From positions 229,276,001 through 229,340,000 of the forward strand of contig OZ024740.1 of NCBI GenBank assembly GCA_964016885.1: a DNA stretch of 64,000 nt, given 5' to 3'. The notes beneath the pieces were generated by a model. It did not search any database. It saw only the letters and a list, made by a program, of their open reading frames with translations, and was not told where the DNA came from. The DNA comes from Eledone cirrhosa. Taxonomy: Eukaryota. Shown here piece after piece: positions 1 to 13,956 of this stretch; the stretch's first letter is position 1; the number at the start of each line of letters is the position of its first letter. The position numbers were made by a program, and so were the translations under genes.

Positions 1-63
1 AGGGTCACTGATGAAGGACTTACTTTTTCATATGCACCACCATTTGCAATGCGCAGCCATCAT

Positions 64-106
<43 letters not shown>

Positions 107-107
<1 letters not shown>

Positions 108-213
108 CGAAGGAAATGTGGTAAGGAACCAGGTGGACCATAACGCACCATAACAGTCCAGAATTAGCCGTCGAAACGGCTTGAGCTCAGCTGTCGGGGT
201 CTTACTGGTTCCT
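107..213. mobile_element. Short Penelope-type family A copy: partial 3' tail (minus) joined to inverted arm (plus), between (TA)n tracts
   Basis: Matches pieces of 2987-3153 and 50702-50894 in opposite orientations; flanked by (TA)n on both sides. Confidence 0.7.
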
Positions 214-261
214 ATATATATATATATATATATAAATCTACATACATATATATATATATAT

Positions 262-480
262 TCAGGTTTGAAGGTTTACCACTGGATAGAGATGGTCAAT
301 TCCGTATGGTCAATCTTAATGTGATAATATGTAGAGCACTCAACGTAAAGCAGTTCAACCGTCTTCGTTTGTTGTAGTTGGTGGTGCTAGTACGGAGTTA
401 AATATTATAATAAAATGACAGGAGGCTGGACTTGTGTAAAACCTTTCAAGGATTTACACAAGTCCAGCCTCCTGTCATTT

Positions 481-485
<5 letters not shown>
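262..485 (-). mobile_element. Tail plus inverted-arm element (arms 408-440 / 453-485)
   Basis: Perfect 33-bp inverted repeat TAATAAAATGACAGGAGGCTGGACTTGTGTAAA; tail carries AGCACTC; related sequence near 55005-55075. Confidence 0.55.
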
Positions 486-561
<76 letters not shown>

Positions 562-577
562 TCTACATACATACATA

Positions 578-635
<58 letters not shown>

Positions 636-647
636 TATAAATCTACA

Positions 648-683
<36 letters not shown>

Positions 684-846
684 TATAAATCTACATACAT
701 ACATAAATATATACATACATACATTTACGTATGTATATGGCTATGCATTTATACATTTGTATATATATATATACATGCATTTATATTTAAGTGTGTAAGG
801 TTATATATATATATATATATATATGTGTGTCTAATATATATATTAT

Positions 847-906
<60 letters not shown>

Positions 907-909
<3 letters not shown>

Positions 910-1135
910 GTGTGACAAGAAGCTTGTTTCCCAACCACATATTTCCGGGTTCAGTCCCACTGCCCGGGCCGACCAAAGCCCTGTGAGTGGATTTGATAGA
1001 TCGAAACTAAAAGAAGCCCGTCGTATATATGTATATATGTCTGTGTGTCTTTGCGTTTGTGTTTGCCCTCCCACCAATACTTGTTGGTTTGTTGACGTCC
1101 CCATAACTTACCAAGGGGATGCTCCAGCATAGGCG
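907..1135 (+). mobile_element. tRNA-derived SINE (octopus-type), internally deleted
   Basis: AAGAAGCTTGTTTCCCAACCAC..GGGTTCAGTCCCACTG (B-box-like)..GACCAAAGCCCTGTGAGTGGATTTG..GAAGCCCGTCG; diverged reverse copies near 36560-37080. Confidence 0.65.
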
Positions 1136-1189
1136 TAGTCCAAAGACAGAAAAAAAGTAAAATATATGTGTGTGTGTGTGTGTGTAGAA

Positions 1190-1590
1190 GAGGGGTCTCA
1201 AACTCAAGGACACAAAAGGGGTATTACGTCCTGGAGGAGAGGCACAGTGGGCCAAACGTGATGGTGGGTGAACATTTTCACCAGTTATAATCATTTCTAC
1301 TATAGGAACAAGGCATGAAATTTGGGGTTTTAGGGTTCAGTCGATTGCATCGATCCTAGTACACAACTGGTACTTAATTCATCGACCCCAAAAGGATGTA
1401 AGGCAAAGTTGAGATCGGCGGAATTTGAACTCAGAACGTAAAAACGGAAGAAGTACCGTTAAGCATTTCGCCAGATGTGCTAACGATTCCACCAGCTCGC
1501 CGCCTTATTTACACCAGTGATAATGCGATATGAAATATTGGTTCTACCACGGGCCACAGTAGTTCGCGGGCCGCATGTGTGAGCCCCGTT
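1190..1590. mobile_element. hAT-like MITE remnant with a MESC/Meta SINE nested inside
   Basis: Ends GGGGTCTCAAAC / GTGTGAGCCCC and subterminal CGGGCC(G) motifs; SINE in reverse orientation at about 1290-1505. Confidence 0.4.
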
Positions 1591-1673
1591 GGAGATAAAT
1601 AGATAGATAGACGTGTACCCCAACACACACACATTTCTTACTCTCTCTGTCCCTCCCTCTTTCTCTCTTCATT

Positions 1674-1743
<70 letters not shown>

Positions 1744-2876
1744 TGTGTGTGTGGAGCGTTGTTATTTAGCGTTGTTGAAAAGAGCTGTGGTCTTTGACCT
1801 GACAATAAAAAACTGTAAACAAAATTCTTTCTGTACCAAGGCACACACACACACAAGTTTGTGTGTGTGTGTGTGTCTATCTATGTTTATATATAAGGGA
1901 TACAAATATACAAGTTTGTGTGTGTGTGTGTGTGTCTATCTATGTTTATATATAAGGGATAAAAATATTGCTTTCTCAGTCACCAAGCTTCTCAATTCAT
2001 TCCTTACTACTTATTTTGCTACGAGGTATATTATTTTGCAAGGTACTATTTTTCCCCTGAGTTTGTGATTTCAGAGAAAGGTAAGAAATTCTTCATATTT
2101 TGCATCTTTTGTATTTTGACTTTGCAGTTTCAATTGTCTATCCACTCAAAACATTGCAACAGCTAACAGTGAAATATAGAATTTAAAAAAAAAAAGAAGC
2201 TTTTTGGACTGTGATCAAATGTTTTTTTATTTCAAAAATATATATTTGAAATAGCTTGCTTTTGTTTTGGACTGAAATTTTTTTGTATTTAATTCGTACG
2301 AGTATTTTTTAAAGAATCTAAGATAACTTGATTTGGCCCAGTAATCTATTGATATCAAAATCAGTAGTATATTGAAAAATGGAAAAAATAGGGTAGGGGG
2401 AGTTTCGTGATTTCGAGGGGAAAAGGGGGCGTTTGGTCAATAGTTCTACAGATTTGATACTGTGTTGATATGTGTATATATATATTTTTTCTTTGACCTC
2501 GAGTCGGTGTGTGTGGGTGTTGAGTGTGTGTGTACCCACTCACATTAACTGTGACCGACTGTATTTCTACAGATTTGATTGATGTCCAGCGTCTTTTGCA
2601 GCTATTGGGAGATAGAAACTTGATAGTTTTATGACCTTAACTGAAGTTGATAGCAGTCGCCGTATTTTGACTGCTTGATCTTCATATGAGGGAATAAACT
2701 CTGGGAGTGAACATTGCTAATTTTCTCCCTCATATCAAGAATTTGAAGACAATTCATTTTCACCTGATGAGATCAGTGATAATTGATCATGGCTTCACGA
2801 TCGATCTATCTCATATTGAAACATGTGTCGTGATTAAAATGATTGGAAATTTTACCTTGCCTTCGGATTTTCATTT

Positions 2877-3191
<315 letters not shown>

Positions 3192-3336
3192 TATGAAGAA
3201 ATAGCAAACATTTTAAACAATTTCATAACATAAACAATCATTTTAGAGACCATGGATATCAATTCTATAACTTCTAAACGTATCTTAGGGATTCTCTTTC
3301 TCAACGCAACAAATTTTAATTGACAACATTATTATA

Positions 3337-4530
3337 GAGTTCAAATCCCACCGAGGTTAACTTTGCTTTTCATCCTTACGGGGTCAATAAAATACACTGG
3401 GATAATTGCTGGCCTTGTGCCAAAAGTAGAAACAATTATTATAGCGTCGGACAAAACTCGTTGCGGTATGCAATTGTGAGATCGACGTTAAAACTTAAAG
3501 GTTTTAACGTCGATCCCGCAATTGTCGACTTTGCCGTTTATCCTTCTAGGACCAATAAAATAAAGTAGCAGCCAAGTACTGGGTTGATTTAATAAATTAA
3601 CCTCCTCTTCCAAATTGCTGTATTTGTGCCTAAATTTAGAAACCCTTAAAGAGGATGGATGGTGGATCGGCAATATTGGTAGAGTTTCGAACAAAATGCT
3701 TCGTGGTATTTAAGTATAACTCTCTACATTCTGAGTTCAAATCCAGCCGAGGTTAGCTCTGCCATTCATCCTTACGGGGGTGATAAATTAAAATAGCACT
3801 AACGCCCTGGGAGAGAATTAATCGACTTTCCACTCCCCCAGATTGTTGGCTTTGTGCCTAAATCAGGTTGGATTGGCAGTATCGGCAGAGGGTCGGACGC
3901 CATACTTTGCAGCATAGAGTTACGGCCCTTTACGGTTTGAGTTCAAATCCCGCCGAGTTTAGCTTTGCCTTTCATCATTATGGCGTCGATAAAATAAAAT
4001 ACCAGTAATGCACTGGGGTAATTACTGGCCTTGTGCCAAATGTAGAAACAATTATTATAGTTAAAGAATTGTATTATTTGTTGAATGCATGAGGGTGGTG
4101 GATTGGCCAAATCGGTAGAGCGTCGAACAAAGTGTTTTTGGTGTTTGTTCCGGCATTTTACATTCTGATTTTACCGATATTAACTTTGCCTTTCATCCTT
4201 CCGGTTCTATAAAATAAAATAAAACACAAGTAAGATAGCTATCTAGCTACATCCGTCACTCACAATCGAGTGCGACTTCGGGTAGTGTACCCTGCTTTCG
4301 CGAAAAGTTTTAAGTACCGATGCAGACACCCTTCTATGCCTCTCCTCTTATCCAACGGAGTACACGGGGGTATGACAGTTTGAAGGAGAAAGAGATGCAC
4401 CAGAACTGTCCTAATTTTATCGACCCTGAAAATATAAAAGGATAATTGGATCTTGGCGGGATTTGAACCCAGAACGCAGAGATACAGAACAAATATCCAA
4501 CAATCTAACGACTCTGCCAAGTCGATGGCC
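3337..4530 (+). mobile_element. Cluster of about 5-6 MESC/Meta-core tRNA SINE copies (last one reversed, about 4410-4530)
   Basis: Repeated GGATTGGCAGTATCGG (A box), GAGTTCAAATCC (B box), CTTTGCCTTTCATCCTTACGGGGTCGATAAAATAAAGTACCAG core and GGCCTTGTGCC..AGAAACAATTA tail. Confidence 0.85.
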
Positions 4531-5240
4531 AATAAACTAGTTAGATACTGAAGTAGATTTAATCGCCCCCAAGCTCACCTCACCCTACTTGCTGACCTTG
4601 TGCCTAAATTAGGAAAAATATTTATAGACTGTTTCATCATAAACTCTCCACCAATGCATAGCAACAAACATCTCTGCTCACTCTATTTATGTTAATAAGA
4701 TATATACTCATCTCAATCCACGTAGGCGAGTATATTTGACAATGATTTTGTCTTTATAACACCTGTATTTAAGAATGTCTTAACAGATGTCATAGCTAAC
4801 ACCTGTGCCATTGACTTTAACAATGAATTTACCTTAGCCTCTATAAATACAACTGTGTTTTCATTAAGAAATTACTTTAACCATTAAACCGCATGTATTA
4901 AAGTCTTTATTAAAGATTTAGTAGTAAATATATATTTGCCTAAACAATAACTATACACGAGGCAACGAAGGCGCTTTTAAGCCGTCTATAAACCTGTTAG
5001 AAATAGCAGCCTAATTTAATTTACATTAAAGCACACCCTAACGATTTCAAACATTAAGAAAGGACGTATTAGGCAATGAGACCAAATTATAATTCATCAA
5101 AGTAATGAGGGGACATACGATGATGACATTTGGAAGGTCTTTAATCGTAATGTAAGCCCCATCTGGGGTTAAATAACAACAACAAAAACAAAAACAACCC
5201 TATACAAATTAAAATTGCACAAGGCCAGCAATATGTACGT

Positions 5241-6100
5241 TTTGTACTCTACTGTAAACGATGGACATATGTCATTACGTTTTTTTAATCTACTGTAAAT
5301 GGAGGACATATGTCATGACGTCTTTTACTCTATTGTAAATAGAGGACACATGACATGATGTCTTGTACTCTACTGTAAATAAAAAAACATCTGTCATGAT
5401 GTCTTGTACTCTATTGTAAATAGAGGAGACATGACATGTCTTGTACTCTACTGTAAATAGAAGACACATGATATGACGTCTTGTACTCTACTGTAAATAG
5501 AAGACATATGACATGATGTCTTGTACTCTGCTGTAAATAGAGGACATATGACATGACGTCTTGTACTCTACTGTAAATAGAGGACACATGACATGACGTC
5601 TTGTACTCTACTATAAATAGAGGACACATGGCATGACGTCTTGTACTCTACTGTAAATAGAGGACATATGGCATGATGTCTTGTACTCTACTGTAAATAG
5701 AGGACATATGACTTGACGTCTTGTACTCTACTGTAAATAGAGGACACATGACATGACGTCTTGTACTCTACTATAAATAGAGGACGCATGACATGACGTC
5801 TTGTACTCTACTGTAAATAGAGGACATATGGCATGATGTCTTGTACTCTACTGTAAATAGAGGACATATGACATGACGTCTTGTACTTTACTGTAAATAG
5901 AGGACGCATGACATGACGTCTTGTACTCTACTGTAAATAGAGGACATATGACATGACGTATTGTACTCTACTGTAAATATAGGACACATGACATGAGGTA
6001 TTGTACTCTACTGTAAATAGAGGACATATGACTTGACGTCTTGTACTCTACTGTAAATAAAGAACACATGACATGATGTCTTGTACTCTATTGTAAATGT
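5241..6100. repeat. 40-bp minisatellite, about 21 copies
   Basis: Unit GTCTTGTACTCTACTGTAAATAGAGGACAYATGACATGAC recurs at 40-nt period (5561, 5601, 5641 and on). Confidence 0.95.
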
Positions 6101-6187
6101 AAAAAATGATTTAAATAAAAGAGGAACCAGTGCAGGGCATGGCCAATGACCTGGGAAGGTGTTAATGTAAGAAAGAATATAATAATT

Positions 6188-6755
6188 TAAGCACAAGACC
6201 TGCAATTTGTGGGGAAGGGTAAAGTCGATTATATCGACCCCAGCTTTGAACTGGTACTTTATTTTATTGACCTTGGCGGGATTTGAACTTACAACTTAAT
6301 GGGCCGTAACTAAATACTGGACAATATTTTGTCGGGTGCTCTAATAATTCTGCCAATCCACCACCTTAGTCGCAAGATCAGGAATTTGCATGGAAGGAAA
6401 ATCGATTATATTGAACTCAGTATTTAACTGGTACTTTATTTCATCACCCTTGAAAGCTTAAAAGGCAAAGTTGACATCGACGGGATTTGAACTCAGAGTA
6501 AAGAGCTGGATTAAATACCGCAAAGTATTTTTCCTGTCTCTCTAATGGGTCTACCAATCACCAGCTTTATAATGATTTCTAATTTAGGCACAATGTCAGC
6601 ACTTTGTGGGGGAAGGGAAAGTCTATTATATCGGCCCCATTACTTTACTGGTACTCTATTTTAACGACCAAAAAAGGATAAAAAACAAATTGGACCTTAA
6701 TGGGATTTGAACTCAGAACATAGAAAGCCTATCACAAATACCGCAAAGCATTTAC
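6188..6755 (-). mobile_element. Three tandem diverged MESC/Meta SINE copies
   Basis: Reverse-strand CTGGTACTTTATTT..GGGATTTGAACTC motifs occur three times. Confidence 0.75.
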
Positions 6756-6849
6756 TTGCACCCTTTAATGATTCTAATAACAGCTCTATAATAAATAACA
6801 AATAAATAACAAATAAATAACAAAACAAAGCAACCCCCCCCCGCCCATC

Positions 6850-7095
6850 TCCTCTCAATATTATCCCCCTCCAGTTTACCCCCTCTCAACACTACCCCCT
6901 CCACATCACCACCTCGCAATATTACCCCCACCCCCAACCCCCTCTCGCCGCTGCCCCCCACCCCCACCTCACCACCTCTCAATATTACCCCCTCCACTTC
7001 ACCCCACCCCTTCTCAACACTACCCCCTTCACCTCACCAGCTCTCAATATTACCCCCTCCACTTTACTACCTCTCTACATTACCACCTCTCTGCC
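6850..7095. repeat. C-rich degenerate minisatellite (CTCTCAATATTACCCCCTCCAC-like)
   Basis: Motif recurs about 7 times. Confidence 0.7.
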
Positions 7096-7251
7096 AATAT
7101 TGTTTACTTAGCAACAGTGTTAGTTTTCTTAGTAACCATATTGTTTATTAGCAACCAGCATTAAAGTCTGACAACAATCTTTACCTGGCACAGTTTGGCA
7201 CGTCCCTGGCTAAATCTCATTTTGTAAATACTTTATATCCCGAATCGTGTG

Positions 7252-7451
<200 letters not shown>

Positions 7452-7452
7452 C

Positions 7453-7528
<76 letters not shown>

Positions 7529-7529
7529 T

Positions 7530-7739
7530 ATATAAGAACAAAAGGTGGTTAAAAGAGTTCCATGTATTTTATTATGCGCATTTCAAAAACAAATATCATC
7601 ATGCAATAATATTTGTGTTTTCATCAGATAAAACAGGAAGACATGATATGAAGGTTAAAAAACACTTGTGGATAGTGCAGTTTTAAATCAACATCCGATA
7701 TCTGCATTGCTTTATTGTACTACAATAAAACTCACCTCC

Positions 7740-7740
<1 letters not shown>
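7530..7740. mobile_element. Family G Penelope-type copy: inverted arm (7530-7694) plus last ~48 nt of tail
   Basis: Homologous to 54208-54620; (TA)n on both sides. Confidence 0.75.
7567..7633 (-). ncRNA. Minimal type-I hammerhead ribozyme candidate (family G)
   Basis: Minus strand TTTTAT-CTGATGA-[stem II ACAAAT..ATTTGT]-GAA-ATGCGCAT-A-ATAAAA; palindromic stem III, AUA cleavage triplet, 6-bp stem I. Confidence 0.65.
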
Positions 7741-7784
<44 letters not shown>

Positions 7785-7925
7785 TAATAAGAGGAATTCC
7801 AACTTTGTCTGATTTACTCGTTTTATTTACAATCCTTTAAAATTTATAATGGTATTATAATAAAATAGTATGATAGAATATTAAATGTTAAGTGTTAATT
7901 GAACAAGTACTTTCATGCTTTCGCA

Positions 7926-8047
7926 TGTGACAATTATTGACACACAGTGCTGGGCCCATGGTACCATGTGACGACAAGTGCAGAGAGATCTCCAGATATA
8001 AAGCAATGCCTGTGCCGTGAAGCTTTTATAGTGACCAAAGGCACTGC
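7926..8047 (-). mobile_element. Fragment of the RTE-derived tandem unit seen at 43540-45210
   Basis: Reverse complement of GCAGTGCCTTTG..GGTACCATGGGCCCAGCAC..AATTGTCACA. Confidence 0.85.
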
Positions 8048-8184
8048 TCAAAGTATATATATATATATATATATATTAGAAAGTGAGGTTTTTTTTACAA
8101 AATGAAAAATAACCGAGGTGTCCTACACGAGTGGAAGTATAAAGAAAAAGGGATGAAATCGAAAATGCAACTGAAGTCTTATTT

Positions 8185-8258
<74 letters not shown>

Positions 8259-8484
8259 TACATATATATATATACATATATACATATTTAGATATACAAT
8301 TTCAATACATAAACAGAGAAAGCCTTAAGCAATACTCCGACCAATTCCATCTCACTCAACAAACATTAGGATATACTTAAGTATTATCCCAATTTAGTGT
8401 TTGGGGTGCTAACTAATCAGTATTTCGTGGATAGCTGGTTGTATTATTTTATATGAGACACTATTAAATAAATATCTCATTTCT

Positions 8485-8608
8485 TCCAGACGGCCGTTTC
8501 GTTATAAGATTTCTACAATTTGGGATAAATAATTTCCAGGTTATATAGAAACTTGTATATAATCCAGAGTTTTATACACAAGTGGGCTCTTATAAACTCA
8601 TCAGTTGA
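8485..8608 (-). ncRNA. Hammerhead ribozyme candidate with long stem II insert
   Basis: Minus strand CTGATGA-GTTTATAAGA..TCTTATAAC-GAA-ACGGCCGT-C; palindromic stem III, GUC triplet; stem I weak. Confidence 0.55.
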
Positions 8609-8835
8609 TGCCCAATCAATAACGATATAAGAATTATATCGACATTAATAGAATCGTGATGGTCTCCCTCAGCGCTAAGAAGAGACTGGTAGATTAGAAT
8701 CCAGCAGTTCTCCCAAATAAAAATTACACGCCGTCCCCAAAAGGGTAAAGGGAGGTCATCTTAAAATAAAACAATATACACGCTGGTCAATTCAACCTGT
8801 TAGGTATTAACCACATATATATGTATATATATATG

Positions 8836-8889
<54 letters not shown>

Positions 8890-8891
<2 letters not shown>

Positions 8892-9306
8892 CAAAGAAGA
8901 CAAAATAAAATAAACAAACAAGCAAATAAATAAAGAAATATATAGACAGACTGAATAAAAATGGCGTAGACATACAATACAACAGGAGGAAGATATAACA
9001 CCACTGACGATGTTGCAGATGTGCAACGAAAGATTTATGATAAACTATATATATGTGTTTGTGTCTATATTGTATCTGTATTATTTTTGACCGCCGGTCA
9101 GTCAATGGCAACATTGAGGACCGAATAAATTAGATTACCGATATAAAAGACACAGAAGCGAGAAGCGAAAACCAACCAAACAGTGAATGTGTTCTGTTAT
9201 TAATTCTGGCAATATTATTAGACAAATATGACCCTCCCCAAGTATAACAATATTTGTTTCGACACACGATTTCATATCAAAAACCTCGCAAAACTAATTC
9301 ATTGCC
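8890..9306 (+). mobile_element. Diverged Penelope pLTR/3' end related to family B, with hammerhead core at 9002-9040
   Basis: Shares AAATGGCGTAG and ATGACCCTCCC..GTATAACAATAT..ACACGATTTCA with 32140-32456; CTGACGA-T-GTTGCA-GATG-TGCAAC-GAAA. Confidence 0.65.
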
Positions 9307-9337
<31 letters not shown>

Positions 9338-9354
9338 CACATATATATATATAC

Positions 9355-9489
<135 letters not shown>

Positions 9490-9611
9490 CATATATATAC
9501 ATATATATATATATATATACATATATATATGTATATATATATATGTATATATATCACACCAGGACACGTCATATATATATATATATGTATATACATCACA
9601 CCAGGACACGT

Positions 9612-9839
9612 CAAAACAGAAACTGACCACACAAAATTCAAGAAGTCTTTGGACAAATTCCTCCAAGTAATCCCGGACAAACCACCCACACCCGGATATG
9701 TCTCCGCAAACAGTAATTCTCTTCTCGAATGGGCCATGGTGCCCAAATCCTGAATTGAAAGACTTCGCCAGGTGGTGCTATTAAGTTAGACATGGCCTGG
9801 GCCAATACTGGCCAAAACATTTCAAAGTTATTCAAAGTT

Positions 9840-9840
<1 letters not shown>
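9612..9840 (+). mobile_element. 3' end of a CR1/L2-group LINE
   Basis: Peptide [32 protein letters not shown], typical of CR1-group ORF2 C-termini; ends in TTCAAAGTTA repeat. Confidence 0.6.
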
Positions 9841-9902
<62 letters not shown>

Positions 9903-10077
9903 TATATTTATATACACACACACACATATATATATATATACACAGAGGTATCCACTGTAAGTTGTGGGGTCTATTTTGTAAGAAGAACTCAATGTACTCT
10001 ATCTGATAGTTTGTAAACTTACATAGATCAATAACTGAGTATAGATACAATGTATTATCACCATCTAGAAACGATCG

Positions 10078-10510
<433 letters not shown>

Positions 10511-10543
10511 CATATATATATTAACAATACCCATTGCTGACAG

Positions 10544-10577
<34 letters not shown>

Positions 10578-10581
<4 letters not shown>

Positions 10582-11098
10582 AGTATGTATGTATGTATAC
10601 GTACATACATTTATGTATACAGACGTACACTAGTATGTATATATATGCACACATATATATATGCACGTGTCGGTTTACCAAACATTTATTATAATGCTCG
10701 GTTTGTTTGTTTGTAAACAAACAAACAGCCCGAATTACGCTGTACAGTGTTTAGGCAACCACGTCACCTTTTTGTTCAACACTGACACAGGAACGATGTA
10801 CTAGTTTCAAGCTTATTAGCTATCGTCAACATCGTATACCTTCCTGCCAGATGGTTGAACGTCTGAAAGTATATACTTTCCTTATGCATATTAACGGCTA
10901 AGCAGCCTAATTTGCATATCGAGTGAGTTCAGTCGGCCGGGCACACCGAATATACTTTCAGACGTTCAACCATTATAATAAATGTTCGGTAAACCGATGC
11001 GTGCATATATATATGTGTGGATGTGTGTATATATATACATACTACTGTACGTCTGTATACATATATGTATGTACGTATACATACATACATACTTACAT
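10578..11098. repeat. Nested inverted repeat (outer 10578-10696 / 10971-11098; inner 10852-10876 / 10949-10973)
   Basis: CGGTTTACCAAACATTTATTATAATG versus CATTATAATAAATGTTCGGTAAACCG; TGGTTGAACGTCTGAAAGTATAT versus its reverse complement. Confidence 0.7.
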
Positions 11099-11212
11099 TT
11101 AAGTAAGTGCCGTACTAAGAGTGAGAAATGAAATTTCGTTTCATTCTATTCCATCTATATATACATATATACATATATACATATATATATATATACATAT
11201 ATACATATATAC

Positions 11213-11274
<62 letters not shown>

Positions 11275-12243
11275 GTATATACAAATATATATACAAAAAT
11301 AACTTCCATTGCTAACAGTATATATATATATGTATAGTACGATCTCTACGCGAATATTTTACGTCTCGATGAGGTAGCTAAGTATATGTTATGTTTATAC
11401 CATTACTTATTTGCATAGGTAAGTATATATTACCTGTATGTTTTGTGAAGGTACGTATACTTTCTCTTACGTATATCTGATTGTATATGTTATGGCGTAT
11501 AATTTATATATTCTGGTACATATGCTCTTGGTTATGTGTATACGTGAGTTTTGCGTCTGTGTGAGTATGCGGGTTCGTACGTATGTAGGGTGTGTTTCCG
11601 TGTACTTCGTGTTTTGGTTGACGTAGTCTCCGAACATTTGTGTATTTACATGTAGGTATGTGTGTGCGCTTGTTATATACGTATTTATTTATTTATATAC
11701 GCTTATTTAATTATTTGTATACACGCACACACACACATATTTATATGTGCGTGTATTTGTATACCTATGTATGCTTGTGTATCTACGTATATGCGTGTAT
11801 GTATTTATTTAATTTCAATTACGTCTGTATTTATTTACTTTATTCTTAACTCTGAAGCCGAGAATCATTCGGTTTCCTAGTTAGAATTTTAGTCTACGAC
11901 TTCAGTTATACCATTTACGTGGTTTTGTCTTTGCGTGCTATTGTTCTCCACGCTCCACATACGACTTATTATCATCGTTTTTTCCGTTCATTGCCAGAGA
12001 ACGTCTCTATTAACCACCTAAGAGAATATTAGTCTACGACTTCTTTTATACCATAAACGTGATTTTGTCTTTGCGGGTAATTGTTTTTCACCGCTCCTAT
12101 TAATGACGTATTATATTCGTTTTTTCCCGTACTTTGCCAGGGAACGTTCCCACGAACCAACGTATCGTCTTCCTGTCTTCCTCCGGTTGCAACGTTTTTT
12201 GAAATATTCACTTTTGCGTTCACAGATTGATTTTTTTTAGTTT

Positions 12244-12371
12244 CAGAAGATCCCGTTAAGGGTGAAAGCAGCGATTCCTTGCTTAAAGTTTAATCTGTTA
12301 TTTTAATAAATATATATATATATATATATACGCACACACACGCACAGACACGCACACAAACACACACACTG

Positions 12372-12412
<41 letters not shown>

Positions 12413-12526
12413 CTGGTAGGAATTCTTGTTGTTATTTTTGTACATTTTTATTGTGTTGTGTTTACTTGTTTATTTCTATTTATGTGTGTACATTCAGATT
12501 CAAACACAGCAAAGTGCAGGTACATA

Positions 12527-12583
<57 letters not shown>

Positions 12584-12805
12584 AAAATATTCAAGACCCC
12601 GACGGCAGAGCTAGAGCCGTCGGGGTCTTGAACATTTTCCTATTACCCACTCTACTACCCTAAGTATTGAGTACTCTGGTGCGTTATGGTCCACCTGGTT
12701 CCTTAGTGTGCTTCCTTCCTTATATATATATATATATATTTATTAAAATAACAGATTAAAGTTTAACTAAAGAATCGTTGCTTTCACCCTTAACGGGATC
12801 TTCTG
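12244..12805. repeat. Inverted pair of a 67-bp element (12244-12310 / 12739-12805); third copy at 19641-19707
   Basis: CAGAAGATCCCGTTAAGGGTGAAAGCAGCGATTC..TTATTTTAATAAA and its reverse complement. Confidence 0.8.
12580..12721 (+). mobile_element. Family A copy (short inverted arm plus sense part with tail)
   Basis: AGGAAAATATTCAAGACCCCGACGGC / GCCGTCGGGGTCTTGAACATTTTCCT then shared tail. Confidence 0.75.
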
Positions 12806-12816
12806 TGTGTGTATAA

Positions 12817-13384
12817 CCCTTTCTAGCAGTCTCTCTCTCTCTGTTAGCCTCTTCCTCACCTCACCCTTCACTCACTCATTCTCTGTCACTACCTCTCCTC
12901 CTCCTCTTCCTCTTTCTTCCCGTTTGACCTGTGAGTAACTCTTTTCTCTCACATTCTCGGCCAAGCTGGTCAGAATTTTTTCTCTCTCGTCTACGATTTC
13001 ACAGAACTTATGTTTACCGAATTCGCAGACCAGACCCCTTCTTCCTCCCGTTAGACCTGTGCGAAATTCCTTCCTTGCTCACATTTCAACCAGGTTTGAT
13101 GGTCTTTATTCTCTCGTTCACGATTTCACCGAACTTAAATTCATAGAAATCTGGGACTTGTTTCCATTCTACCTCACTTTCTGTTGCCTCACCATTTTGT
13201 TTGTTTACCCTCGCGTCCCATTTATTTACGTGTCCCAACGACTTTTTTTAGCCGTTGCTCGCACCAACCGGAGGTATATGGTCTTTAAAGCGATGAAATG
13301 CCTATGATAGTTGGAAGATCACTGATGAAGGACAAACTTTTTTCATATGTAACCCATTTGCAACTCCGCAGCGCCCTTATTATC

Positions 13385-13385
<1 letters not shown>
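12817..13385 (+). repeat. Interspersed repeat family E (also 23320-23980 and 1-65)
   Basis: Long homology with 23470-23980; internal ~110-bp direct repeats; ends GATCACTGATGAAGGA. Confidence 0.75.
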
Positions 13386-13434
<49 letters not shown>

Positions 13435-13647
13435 TTCAAATACCCGTTGCACTTAAACTATTCAAGCATTAAGTGAGCACTCAGTACATGTTTTGTAGAA
13501 TGTAAAATATATTTTTTTCTGAAGAGAACAGTATGGTTCGAAGTTTCAGCTGGGTCGCTTCTTCTGGTGACTAGGTGAAGCGACCAATCTGATATTTCGC
13601 TCACTGCCCCTGTTTCTCTTCAGAATATCTACCTATCTATCATACTA

Positions 13648-13706
<59 letters not shown>

Positions 13707-13740
13707 ATCTCTCTCTCTCTGTCTCCCCCCCCTCTCTCTC

Positions 13741-13948
13741 TGTATAGTAAACAATTAGAAGAAACAACAAGAGGCTGTGTGGTTACTTGATAAAGTGTAT
13801 TTAGAAATAAAAGGAAAGTACAAACAAGGGACAATCCCCTCTTCAGTTGTCTGCTGGATGTCACCGACATTTCAACGCATCATGTCGGTGACCTCCAGCA
13901 GACAACTGAAGAGGTGACTGTCCCTTGTTTGTGCTTTCCTTTTATTTA
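13741..13948 (-). mobile_element. Tail plus inverted-arm element (arms 13805-13870 / 13882-13948)
   Basis: About 66-bp inverted arms with an 11-nt spacer; right arm abuts (TA)n. Confidence 0.65.
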
Positions 13949-13956
13949 TATATATA

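Noticed and set aside
8-30. CTGATGAAGGA as a complete hammerhead (also near 13322 and 23957)
   Set aside because: No downstream stem II or GAAA; only a half core
1980-2080. Possible 101-nt host exon (TTTCTCAG acceptor, AAG|GTAAGA donor, one open frame)
   Set aside because: No recognisable homology or partner exons; needs RNA-seq
3865-3960. tRNA genes suggested by A/B boxes
   Set aside because: Boxes belong to SINE heads; no cloverleaf with an acceptor stem
5241-6100. CRISPR-like regular array
   Set aside because: Pure tandem units with no unique spacers or cas genes; eukaryotic context
6136-7208. hAT-like TIR pair (CAGGGCATGGCCAA / TTGGCACGTCCCTG); lone hAT-like ends also near 15958 and 46312-46326
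   Set aside because: Imperfect TIRs and no matching 8-bp TSD
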